Assembly: GCA_045648325.1 (NCBI GenBank)
Contig: JAZRNU010000031.1
Coordinates: 1 to 48,391 of the forward strand
Direction of reading: 5' to 3'
DNA from: Eubacteriales bacterium
GTDB taxonomy: Bacteria; Bacillota; Clostridia; Oscillospirales; RGIG5299
DNA: 48,391 bases
Numbering within the stretch: the first letter of the stretch is position 1; every line of letters starts with the position of its first letter. Shown here piece by piece: positions 1-7,886 of the stretch. Under the pieces are notes generated by a model. The model made no database searches. It saw only the letters and a program-made list of their open reading frames with translations, and was not told the DNA's origin. The position numbers were made by a program, and so were the translations under genes.

Positions 1-121
1 ACGCCCCCGCGGCGTAAGCGCCCGATGCACCTCCCGAAACTATCTCCGTTATCTCGCTCTGAATATACTGAGCAAGGTCGATTTCTGTTATTGTGCGCGA
101 GCCGATAATTGCTAACTTCAT
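1..121 (-). CDS. partial CDS (first 40 codons; continues past the window start), SLOG/DUF2493-like Rossmann-fold protein
   Basis: ATG at 121-119 is preceded by a GAGGAC RBS. Translation is MKLAIIGSRTITEIDLAQYIQSEITEIVSGGASGA..., showing the IIGSR...VSGGA.G pattern of DprA/SLOG-type folds. It is truncated by the window edge and absent from the ORF track. Confidence 0.4.
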   Translation of the reverse strand, partial: MKLAIIGSRTITEIDLAQYIQSEITEIVSGGASGAYAAGA

Positions 122-227
122 TTTGTCCTCTTTGAATACATTTTAGATATATAATGCGTTTATTTTAAACATTTTATCACAAAATAGGCGTAAAGTAAAT
201 ACAAAATATATTTATTGTGAGGCTATT

Positions 228-401
228 ATGGCAACAAAAAGCTTATCTATCAGAATCGAAGAGGAAATGCTTGACAAATTACACGTGATTGCCGACTACG
301 AGGGCAGAAGTGCAAACAGTCAGATACTCGTGCTTATCCGTGACCTTATTGAAGGCTACGAGGCGCGCCACGGTGAAATAAAAACCGGCAAAAGAAAATA
401 A
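228..401 (+). CDS. ribbon-helix-helix (CopG/Arc/MetJ-type) DNA-binding protein, 57 aa
   Basis: ORF below the track cutoff: MATKSLSIRIEEEMLDKLHVIADYEGRSANSQILVLIRDLIEGYEARHGEIKTGKRK. It has an N-terminal beta-strand (SIRI) followed by two helices, typical of RHH proteins, and is followed by a terminator. Confidence 0.6.
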   Translation: MATKSLSIRIEEEMLDKLHVIADYEGRSANSQILVLIRDLIEGYEARHGEIKTGKRK

Positions 402-409
402 CTTTAAGC

Positions 410-440
410 AAAAGCGGAAAAATTCCGCTTTTGTTTTTTT
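410..440 (+). terminator. intrinsic terminator after the RHH gene
   Basis: Stem aaaagcggaa / ttccgctttt followed by a T-run. Confidence 0.7.
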
Positions 441-480
441 GTGAATATTCCTTCTTTTTAATTATATATTAAATTTCTTA

Positions 481-509
481 TTGTAATAATGTGATTTTTT
501 TGTTATAAT
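481..509 (+). promoter_or_regulatory. sigma-A-type promoter for the 538-4829 operon
   Basis: TTGTAA (481-486), a 17-nt spacer, then TATAAT (504-509) with a TGT extended -10. Confidence 0.5.
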
Positions 510-537
510 AGAAGTATCTATATACAAAAGGGTTAAA

Positions 538-1236
538 ATGATGTACCGTTATAAAGTTTTGTTAATTGGCGACAATCCCGACTTTTTGGATAATATTGCC
601 TACGACGTAAACGAGCATGCTTATTTCTGCTGTGCCGGCACCTTTCTTTTCGGTGACCTCGCCTCTGTTCAGGCGCTAAATGTCATTCCCGACGTTGCCG
701 TTATTTTATCCTCGTCGCCCTCCCCGCAAATTGAAAACGACGTTGATTTTCTGAAATCTTTATTTCCCGATATTTCCGTTGTATTTTTTTCACCCGTTTT
801 AAGCACCCTTGTTGAAAGCGAAGGAATTTCAAAATGCAACGTAATTGCCACCGGCACAATGTGCCGCAGATTTCAAGATATAATTTTAAGAAAAGCAATT
901 GAAACAACCCCGTTTAAATCCAGCTTTGAGGACACGGCAAACTATTTAAAGGATTACGGCTTTGAAACTTCCTCATCCGGATTTATAAATATTGTTAAAA
1001 TAATTTCTCTGGCAGAGCGCAACCCCTTTTACACGAGCTTAAAGGAGCTTTACGTTCAGGCGGCAAGGGAGCTTCAAACGACCACGAACTACATTGAGGT
1101 AAGCGCACGAGCGGCTCTTACGAAAACCTTTCACACATTTCCAAAGCGTTTTAACGAAATAGGATTTACCGAAACCCCGCCCACCGCCGAATTTATAAAC
1201 CGTATTTTAAGAGAAAGGAGAGGCACAAGAATATGA
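538..1236 (+). CDS. Spo0A C-terminal-domain-like regulator with a degenerate (pseudo-)receiver domain
   Basis: The N-terminus is receiver-like ([29 protein letters not shown]) but lacks the phospho-acceptor Asp. The C-terminal ~100 aa aligns by eye with the Spo0A effector domain: [26 protein letters not shown] vs [46 protein letters not shown] vs NTTASRVERAIRHAIEVAW, and [13 protein letters not shown] vs KPTNSEFIAMVADKL. Confidence 0.6.
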   Translation: [232 protein letters not shown]

Positions 1237-2021
1237 CAAACAAAAACAAAAACGATTGTATTCTTTCTATTAACGAGGGAAAAACGCTTTCCTCATTAAA
1301 CGCAATTCTTGCGTCGGCAGCAACCCTTAAACGCAGAATGGACTATGATAAAGAAAACGCCGATCTTCTTTCGCAAATAGAGAAAAACTGCCTTTTGCTT
1401 TGCTCTGTTTCAACAAGAACCTTTACCGAGCTCAGGCATTTTATGGGAAAAACACCTTACGTTCCCGCAATTTTCACCTTTGCAGAGCTTTTTTCCGATA
1501 TAAAACGCGCACTTCACTCAATAGATGTTATTCCCGACATAATTTTAACGGCAGACTGCAACACCCTGGTGTGTGACCGCGAAAAGCTTGCCCGAATGCT
1601 CTTTACCGTTATTGCAACGGCAAAGGTGTTAAGACCGGATATAGACGTTACAATCCTTCTTAACGACGACAAAATCTCTGTTTTCATTACCGTAAGGTTA
1701 GAGGGTCTTTCGCTTGACGAAGCCACTCTTGAATATTTGAATTCCGATACAGACGCGGTTTTTGAGGAGCTTTTAACAAAGCCCACCATCTACTCTAATC
1801 TGCTTTACACAAAAATCGTTTCCGAGATCCACAAGGGTAAAATCAGCTTCAGCACCAACAGAGAGTCAGATTACACCGAATTTACCTTTGCTATTCCCAA
1901 GGATCACGGCGCATCGCAAAAAAAGATAAGAGAAAACCGCAACTTTATCGTTTCTCTTGCCGATATTGCCTCGCAGGAATACCAGAACGCCAAAAATTTT
2001 ATTATAAAGGAAGATAACTAA
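1233..2021 (+). CDS. histidine-kinase-like protein with degenerate H-, N- and G1-boxes (pseudo-kinase)
   Basis: The start overlaps the upstream stop as ATGA, with AAAGGAGAGG as RBS. The DHp-like segment reads [16 protein letters not shown] where kinases have SHE(L/I)RTPLNAILG. The N-box position reads [18 protein letters not shown] (no Asn). The G1 position reads [10 protein letters not shown] instead of DxGxG. Confidence 0.5.
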
Positions 2022-3694
2022 TGCTTACAGACATTGAAATTGCACAGGGCGCAAAAATGAAACCCATTGCGGAGATCGCCGCAAATCTCGGAATTTCCGA
2101 CTCGGAGCTTGTTCGCTACGGCGACTATAAGGCGAAGGTCAGACTTTCGGTCTGCGAGCGTCTTAAGGAAAGAGAAAACGGCAAGCTCGTGCTTGTTACC
2201 GCAATAAACCCCACCCCCGCAGGCGAGGGAAAGACTACTATTTCAATAGGTCTTGCCCAGGCGCTTAAAAAGGTGGGCAAAAATCCCGTGCTTGCACTCC
2301 GCGAGCCCTCACTCGGTCCCGTTTTCGGTGTTAAGGGCGGTGCCGCAGGCGGCGGATATTCGCAGGTTGTTCCCATGGAGGATATAAACCTTCATTTCAC
2401 CGGCGATATGCACGCAATTACTGCCGCAAACAACCTTCTTTCGGCAATGATAGATAACCATCTCACCCAGGGAAATTCGCTTAATATAGATGAGCGCCGC
2501 ATAGTTTTCCCCAGAGTTCTTGACCTTAACGACAGAGCGCTTCGCAACGTTATTATCGGTCTTGGCGGCAAGGCAAACGGCGTGCCCCGTGAGGAGCATT
2601 TCACCATTACCGTTGCATCGGAGATTATGGCAATTCTCTGCCTTTCAACCGATTTAAACGATTTGAAGGAAAAGCTCGGCTCAATTTTAGTTGCCTATAC
2701 CCGTGACAATAAGCCCGTTTTCGCAAGAGATATAAAGGCAGAGGGCGCAATGGCTCTTCTTCTTAAGGACGCACTCGAGCCCAACCTCGTTCAGTCGCTT
2801 GAAAACGTGCCCGCATTCGTTCACGGCGGCCCCTTTGCAAACATTGCACACGGCTGCAACTCCATTAACGCTACCCGCACTGCATTAAAGCTCGGTGACT
2901 ACTGCGTTACCGAGGCAGGCTTTGGCTCGGATCTCGGTGCCGAGAAGTTTCTTGACATCAAGTGCCGCATTGCCGACTTGAAGCCCGATACCGTTGTTAT
3001 CGTTGCAACCTGCCGTTCCTTCAAATATAACGGCGGCGTTAAAAAAGAGGACCTTAAAACCCCCAACGTTGAGGCTTTAAAGGTGGGAAGCGAGAATTTG
3101 CGCGCCCACATTGCAAATATAAAGGCTTTTGGCATCACTCCCATCGTTGCAATTAACCGCTTCTATGCAGACACCGACGAGGAAATCGCGGCTGTGGCGG
3201 CTGTTTGTGAAAGCGAAAAGGTGCCTTACTCGGTTGCCGACGTCTTTGCCAAAGGCGGCGAGGGCGGCATTGACCTTGCAAACAAGGTTATAGAGGTATG
3301 CGAGGCAGCTACCGACGCTCCTCTTTGCTTCTCCTACGATCTTAACGCTCCCGTTAAGGAAAAGATCGAGGCACTTTGCAAGAGAGTTTACGGAGCCGAC
3401 GGCGCCGTGTTTGACGCAGAGGCAGAGAAGAATATTAAGGAAATCGAGGAGCTTGGCTTTGAGAATTTCTATATCTGCGTGGCAAAAACTCAGTATTCGC
3501 TTTCAGACGATATGAAAAAGCTTTGCCGTCCCAAGGGCTTTAAGATAAACGTTAAGAAGATCCGCATTCTTGCAGGTGCGAAATTCCTCGTTGTGCTTAC
3601 CGGCGAGATTATGACCATGCCCGGTCTTCCCAAGGTGCCCGCCGCAGAGAATATCGACGTTTCCGATGACGGCACTATCGTAGGACTCTTTTAA
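2021..3694 (+). CDS. fhs: formate--tetrahydrofolate ligase
   Basis: 557 aa. Contains hallmark FTHFS sequences ([10 protein letters not shown]-loop, [34 protein letters not shown]). The start overlaps the upstream stop as TAATG. Confidence 0.97.
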   Translation: MLTDIEIAQGAKMKPIAEIAANLGISDSELVRYGDYKAKVRLSVCERLKERENGKLVLVTAINPTPAGEGKTTISIGLAQALKKVGKNPVLALREPSLGPVFGVKGGAAGGGYSQVVPMEDINLHFTGDMHAITAANNLLSAMIDNHLTQGNSLNIDERRIVFPRVLDLNDRALRNVIIGLGGKANGVPREEHFTITVASEIMAILCLSTDLNDLKEKLGSILVAYTRDNKPVFARDIKAEGAMALLLKDALEPNLVQSLENVPAFVHGGPFANIAHGCNSINATRTALKLGDYCVTEAGFGSDLGAEKFLDIKCRIADLKPDTVVIVATCRSFKYNGGVKKEDLKTPNVEALKVGSENLRAHIANIKAFGITPIVAINRFYADTDEEIAAVAAVCESEKVPYSVADVFAKGGEGGIDLANKVIEVCEAATDAPLCFSYDLNAPVKEKIEALCKRVYGADGAVFDAEAEKNIKEIEELGFENFYICVAKTQYSLSDDMKKLCRPKGFKINVKKIRILAGAKFLVVLTGEIMTMPGLPKVPAAENIDVSDDGTIVGLF

Positions 3695-4143
3695 TGAAAA
3701 GCTTTATTTCAAATTCACCAAAGGAGACGGCGGATATCGCCGCCTCCCTTGTAGTTGATAAAACGGTTAAAAAAGGCGATTTTATTGCCTTTTTGGGAGA
3801 TCTCGGGGCGGGAAAGACCGCTTTTACCCGCGGTCTTTTAAACGGCATTTACAGCTGCTACGGCGGCAAGGATAAAACCGAAGCGGTTGTAAGCCCAACA
3901 TTCTCGATCATCAACGTCTATGACAGCGCCGTGCCGGTGTGGCACTGCGACTTTTACCGCATTAGCGGTGAAGACGACCTTTATATGACCGGCTTTTACG
4001 ATTGCGATTTCGACGAGGTCATTATCGCGGCGGAATGGTCGGAAAATATTCCCTTTGCCGTGCCCGAAAACGCAATTTTCGTAAAAATAAACGGAAGCGG
4101 CACAAAAAGGGAAATAACCGTCTTTAAAAATGGAGAGCTGTAA
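3694..4143 (+). CDS. tsaE: tRNA t6A37 biosynthesis ATPase TsaE
   Basis: 149 aa with the GDLGAGKTAFTRGL Walker A and SPTFSI motif typical of the YjeE/TsaE family. TAATG overlap with fhs. Confidence 0.9.
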   Translation: MKSFISNSPKETADIAASLVVDKTVKKGDFIAFLGDLGAGKTAFTRGLLNGIYSCYGGKDKTEAVVSPTFSIINVYDSAVPVWHCDFYRISGEDDLYMTGFYDCDFDEVIIAAEWSENIPFAVPENAIFVKINGSGTKREITVFKNGEL

Positions 4144-4145
4144 AT

Positions 4146-4829
4146 ATGATCCTCGGCTTTGACTCGGCGGGAAAAAGCGTTTCTGCCGCCGTTTACGACG
4201 AAAATAACAATATCTGCCTTGCAAGTCGTTTTTTAAAGGGTGCGGGCACTCACAGCGTTACCTTGCTTCCCATAATCGACGAGGTTCTTTCCGAGGCAGG
4301 AGTGAAAACAGACGGACTTTCCGCTATCGCGGTTACCGTTGGTCCCGGCTCTTTTACCGGAGTCAGAATAGGCGTTTCACTTGCAAAGGGCCTTGCAATT
4401 TCAAAAAATATTCCCGTTATTCCCGTTTCGGCTATGGAAGCGTCTGCCTTTGCGGCTTTAAACGAGGCAAAAGAGGGCGACGTTATCCTTTCGGTAAGCG
4501 ATGCCCGCAGAGAGCGCTTTTACAACGCCGCTTTTTCGGTTAAAGAGGGAAAGCTTTGCCGTATCACCGAGGATTCGGTGTTACATTACACACAAATTTG
4601 TGAGTTGGTTTACCAAAACCGAATAATTATAACAGGCGACGGGGCAGAGCTTTTTGCTTCGCTTGTAAACGATAACCGCTTTTTGATTTCCGCCACCCCC
4701 TACACAAGCGGTGAAAGCGTTTGTCTTGCGGCAAGAAATAAGGAGAAAATTTGTTCCGATAACCTTTTGCCCGTTTATCTCGGTCTTTCGCAGGCTGAAA
4801 GAGAGCTTAACGAAAAATCAGCGAAATAG
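4146..4829 (+). CDS. tsaB: tRNA t6A37 biosynthesis protein TsaB (YeaZ family)
   Basis: 227 aa. Has MILGFDSAG... and VTVGPGSFTGVRIGVSLAKGLA, characteristic of YeaZ/TsaB. It lies directly after tsaE. Confidence 0.9.
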   Translation: MILGFDSAGKSVSAAVYDENNNICLASRFLKGAGTHSVTLLPIIDEVLSEAGVKTDGLSAIAVTVGPGSFTGVRIGVSLAKGLAISKNIPVIPVSAMEASAFAALNEAKEGDVILSVSDARRERFYNAAFSVKEGKLCRITEDSVLHYTQICELVYQNRIIITGDGAELFASLVNDNRFLISATPYTSGESVCLAARNKEKICSDNLLPVYLGLSQAERELNEKSAK

Positions 4830-4887
4830 TTGCATTTTCTGCAATTTTCGGATAAATTAAAAATTTTATACAAAAGAGGTAATAAAA

Positions 4888-5325
4888 ATGATAGCTATCG
4901 GCAGTGATCACGGCGGCTTTGAGCTTAAAGAGATCATAAAAAAACATCTTGAGAAAAGAAACATCGAGTTTAAGGATTTCGGCGCCTACTCCGAGGAGTC
5001 GGTTGATTATCCTGCATTCGGCATCGCAGTTGGCGAGGCTGTTGCAAAGGGCGAGTGCGAAAAGGGCATTTTGGTCTGCGGCACCGGCATTGGTATTTCT
5101 ATGGCAGCAAACAAGGTTAAGGGCGTTCGCGCTGCCTGCTGCTCCGATACCTTCTCCGCAAGATTTACAAGAATGCACAACGATGCAAACGTCATCTGCA
5201 TGGGCGGCAGAGTTGTTGGCCCCGGTCTTGCTCTTGATATAGTTGACCTTTTCCTCGACACCGAGTTTGAGGGCGGCAGACATCAGAAGAGAATCGATCT
5301 TATCAGCGAATACGAAAACAAATAA
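4888..5325 (+). CDS. rpiB: ribose-5-phosphate isomerase B
   Basis: 145 aa. Has MIAIGSDHGGFELKE and GILVCGTGIGISMAANKVKGVRAA, characteristic of the RpiB/LacAB family. Confidence 0.93.
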   Translation: MIAIGSDHGGFELKEIIKKHLEKRNIEFKDFGAYSEESVDYPAFGIAVGEAVAKGECEKGILVCGTGIGISMAANKVKGVRAACCSDTFSARFTRMHNDANVICMGGRVVGPGLALDIVDLFLDTEFEGGRHQKRIDLISEYENK

Positions 5326-5340
5326 GCTTTTTTCAAAAAA

Positions 5341-5367
5341 CACCCCGCCGAAATCGGCGGGGTGTTT
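5341..5367 (+). terminator. intrinsic terminator after rpiB
   Basis: Stem caccccgccg / cggcggggtg with loop aaat, then TTT. The 3' arm runs into the parS site. Confidence 0.7.
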
Positions 5368-5378
5368 CACGTGAAACA
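5363..5378. promoter_or_regulatory. parS centromere-like site (ParB binding)
   Basis: TGTTTCACGTGAAACA is a perfect 16-bp palindrome and matches the Firmicute parS consensus TGTTNCACGTGAAACA. Confidence 0.9.
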
Positions 5379-5464
5379 TTTTTTATTAAAAAATCGGTTG
5401 CATTCCGCTTCACTATGTGTTAAAATTATATTATACAGGCAAAATTCGAAGGGAATACAAAATT

Positions 5465-6220
5465 ATGGGAAAAATCATTGCAATAACGAACCAGAAGGGC
5501 GGCGTTGGAAAGACCACCACCGCCATCAGTCTTGCCGCAGGCGTGGCGCTTAAAGGCAAAAAGGTGCTTTTAATAGATCTTGATCCGCAGGGTAACGCCA
5601 CAACGGGCCTTGGAGTGCAGAAAAAGGGAGTTAAAACGGTTTACAACCTTTTGCTTTCTGATTGCGGCTTTAACGATGCCGTGAAGGAGAGCCGCAAAAA
5701 TCTCGACGTGCTCCCCTCGGGAATGGAGCTTGCGGGTGCGGAGATAGAGATGGTTGCCATCGAGGGACGCGATTCGCTTTTGAAAAACGCGCTTATGGGG
5801 GTAAGGCACCTTTACGATTTCATTTTTATTGATTGTCCGCCCTCACTCGGGCTTCTTACCTTAAACGCGCTTACCGCCGCCGACAGCCTTCTGATACCCA
5901 TACAGAGCGAATTTTTCGCGCTTGAGGGGCTTTCACAGCTTATGAACACCGTTTCGGCGGTGAGAAAGCATTTCAACCGCAATCTCGCCATCGAGGGCGT
6001 TATTCTCACGATGTACGATGCAAGAAGAAATTTAAGCCTTCAGGTTGCGCGCGAGGTAAAGAAATATTTTGCCGATAAGCTTTACAAAACGGTTATAACC
6101 CGCAACGTGCGTCTTTCGGAGGCACCAAGCTTTGGTAAGAGCATTTTTGAATACGATAAATTTTCAAAGGGCGCGGAGTGCTACCGCGAGCTTTGCGATG
6201 AATTTTTGAGGAGGAACTGA
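5465..6220 (+). CDS. parA: chromosome partitioning ATPase ParA/Soj
   Basis: MGKIIAITNQKGGVGKTTT deviant Walker A, plus LLIDLDPQGNAT. I prefer the start at 5465 to the track start at 5417, because the family N-terminus begins at MGKII. Confidence 0.93.
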   Translation: MGKIIAITNQKGGVGKTTTAISLAAGVALKGKKVLLIDLDPQGNATTGLGVQKKGVKTVYNLLLSDCGFNDAVKESRKNLDVLPSGMELAGAEIEMVAIEGRDSLLKNALMGVRHLYDFIFIDCPPSLGLLTLNALTAADSLLIPIQSEFFALEGLSQLMNTVSAVRKHFNRNLAIEGVILTMYDARRNLSLQVAREVKKYFADKLYKTVITRNVRLSEAPSFGKSIFEYDKFSKGAECYRELCDEFLRRN

Positions 6221-6222
6221 AA

Positions 6223-7089
6223 ATGGCAAGACAAAGCGGTCTTGGCAGAGGACTTGACGCCCTTTTTGCCGAAACTATTACCTTAAACGAAAATGAGGAC
6301 AGAACCGTTAAAAGGGTGAAAATTACCGAGATCGAGCCCGATAAAAATCAGCCGCGTAAGATTTTCGACGAGGAAAAGCTCACCGAGCTTGCAGATTCTA
6401 TAAAAGAAAACGGTATTATCACCCCTCTTATTGTAAGAAAAGAGGAGAACGGACGCTATAAGCTTATCGCAGGAGAGCGCCGTTGGAGAGCCGCAAGACG
6501 CGCAGGTCTTGACGAGGTTGACGTTTATATCAGAGAGATCGACGATGCCACCGCCGACCTTTATGCCCTCGTGGAAAATCTCCAGCGCGTTGATTTAAAC
6601 CCCCTTGAAGAGGCAAACGGCTACAAGCTTTTAATGGAAAAATACCATCTCACTCAGGAAAGCGTTGCGGAGCAGGTGGGTAAATCCCGTCCGGCAGTCA
6701 CAAACTCCCTTCGTCTGCTTTCTCTTCCCGTTGAAATTATGCCCATGCTTGAAAACGGCACCCTTTCAGCAGGTCAGGCTCGCACCTTACTTGGTTATGA
6801 CGACGAGGAGGTAATGATCCGCGCTGCAAGAGAGGCAGCCGTTAAAAAGCTCTCGGTAAGAGAAATGGAAAAGGCATTAAAGAGCTACAAAAGCGGCAAG
6901 GATAAGCCCAAAAATAAGATAAAGCCGATAAATTGCGATATTAAAGCCGTTGAAGCCGAGCTTTCCGAGAGGCTCGGACGTCGCGTTTCCATCACCGGCG
7001 GAAGCAAGGGCGGCATTTTATCAATCCAATTCTACGGCGATGACGATTTGAACGATCTTATCGAAAGGATAAGCCGCGGCTTTAACTGA
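6223..7089 (+). CDS. parB: chromosome partitioning protein ParB/Spo0J
   Basis: 288 aa. Has GLGRGLDALF, the PRK.FDEE..ELA.SI...G...P ParB box, GERRWRAA, and an HTH segment (QESVAEQVGKSRPAVTNSLRLL). Confidence 0.95.
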   Translation: MARQSGLGRGLDALFAETITLNENEDRTVKRVKITEIEPDKNQPRKIFDEEKLTELADSIKENGIITPLIVRKEENGRYKLIAGERRWRAARRAGLDEVDVYIREIDDATADLYALVENLQRVDLNPLEEANGYKLLMEKYHLTQESVAEQVGKSRPAVTNSLRLLSLPVEIMPMLENGTLSAGQARTLLGYDDEEVMIRAAREAAVKKLSVREMEKALKSYKSGKDKPKNKIKPINCDIKAVEAELSERLGRRVSITGGSKGGILSIQFYGDDDLNDLIERISRGFN

Positions 7090-7090
7090 T

Positions 7091-7729
7091 ATGAAGGAAT
7101 ATATCTTTTTTGACCTCGACGGCACTCTCACCGACCCCGCAATGGGAATTATAACCTCTATAGAATATGCCGCAACCAAAATGGGGCTTGATTACGAGCG
7201 CGAGGCGCTTAAATGCTTTATCGGTCCGCCGCTTCTTGACACCTTCAGAAGCTTCTTTAACCTTTCCATTGAGGAAGGGGAGAGGGCGGTTTCCCTTTAC
7301 CGTGAAAGATATTCCGTTAAGGGTCTTTTTGAAAATATGCTTTATCCCGGCATCGAAAACGCCTTGAAAGAGCTTAAGGAAAGCGGAAAAAAGCTTGTAA
7401 TTGCTACCTCAAAGCCCGAAATCTATACAAAACGCATTACCGACCATTTCGGAATTACAAAATATTTCGAGTTTATCTCCGGTGCGCTCCTTGACCACAG
7501 CCGCGTCGAAAAGGGCGACGTTATCCGTCACGCCCTTGATACCCTTGGGATTTCGGGTTGCGACGCCGTTATGATCGGCGACAGAAAATTCGATATTGAG
7601 GGCGCAAAGGAAAATAATATGATCGGCTACGGTGTCCTCTGGGGCTACGGCTCCTTACAAGAAATTACCGATTCGGGCGCCGAAAAAATATTTGAATCAG
7701 TTGAAGAAATGAAGAATTTTTTGATTTAA
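7091..7729 (+). CDS. HAD-superfamily hydrolase (phosphoglycolate phosphatase-like, subfamily IA)
   Basis: DLDGTL motif I (FFDLDGTLTD), ATSK motif II region, GDRKFD motif IV. Confidence 0.8.
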   Translation: MKEYIFFDLDGTLTDPAMGIITSIEYAATKMGLDYEREALKCFIGPPLLDTFRSFFNLSIEEGERAVSLYRERYSVKGLFENMLYPGIENALKELKESGKKLVIATSKPEIYTKRITDHFGITKYFEFISGALLDHSRVEKGDVIRHALDTLGISGCDAVMIGDRKFDIEGAKENNMIGYGVLWGYGSLQEITDSGAEKIFESVEEMKNFLI

Positions 7730-7747
7730 AAAATCGGAAATTTAATA

Positions 7748-7763
7748 TGTTTCACGTGAAACA
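7748..7763. promoter_or_regulatory. parS centromere-like site (second copy)
   Basis: The same 16-mer TGTTTCACGTGAAACA as at 5363-5378. Confidence 0.9.
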
Positions 7764-7791
7764 AGGTGCTTTATAAGCGCCTTGTTTTTTT
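7762..7791 (+). terminator. intrinsic terminator after the HAD gene
   Basis: Stem caaggtgc / gcgccttg (one G-U pair), loop tttataa, then a T7 run. Confidence 0.65.
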
Positions 7792-7803
7792 ATTAAAAAA
7801 TGC

Positions 7804-7832
7804 TTTACAACGGTGATATAATATGTTATAAT
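7804..7832 (+). promoter_or_regulatory. candidate dnaA promoter
   Basis: TTTACA, a 17-nt spacer, then TATAAT with an upstream TG, followed by a very AT-rich leader. Confidence 0.45.
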
Positions 7833-7886
7833 AATATTATCTATTATTATATATATTATATATTAGATAATATTGGAGGGTTATAA

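Noticed and set aside
4807-5553. ORFs beginning MFHVKH on both strands (4807-5379 minus, 5362-5553 plus).
   Set aside because: Both start codons are created by the parS palindrome TGTTTCACGTGAAACA. The minus ORF is antisense to rpiB, and the plus ORF overlaps the parA start region.
7833-7886. Extremely AT-rich tract upstream of dnaA as a second oriC half or unwinding element.
   Set aside because: No DnaA boxes with two or fewer mismatches are seen nearby. It lies between a plausible promoter and the dnaA RBS, so it is more simply a leader. The DnaA-box cluster and AT tract downstream of dnaA are a better candidate.
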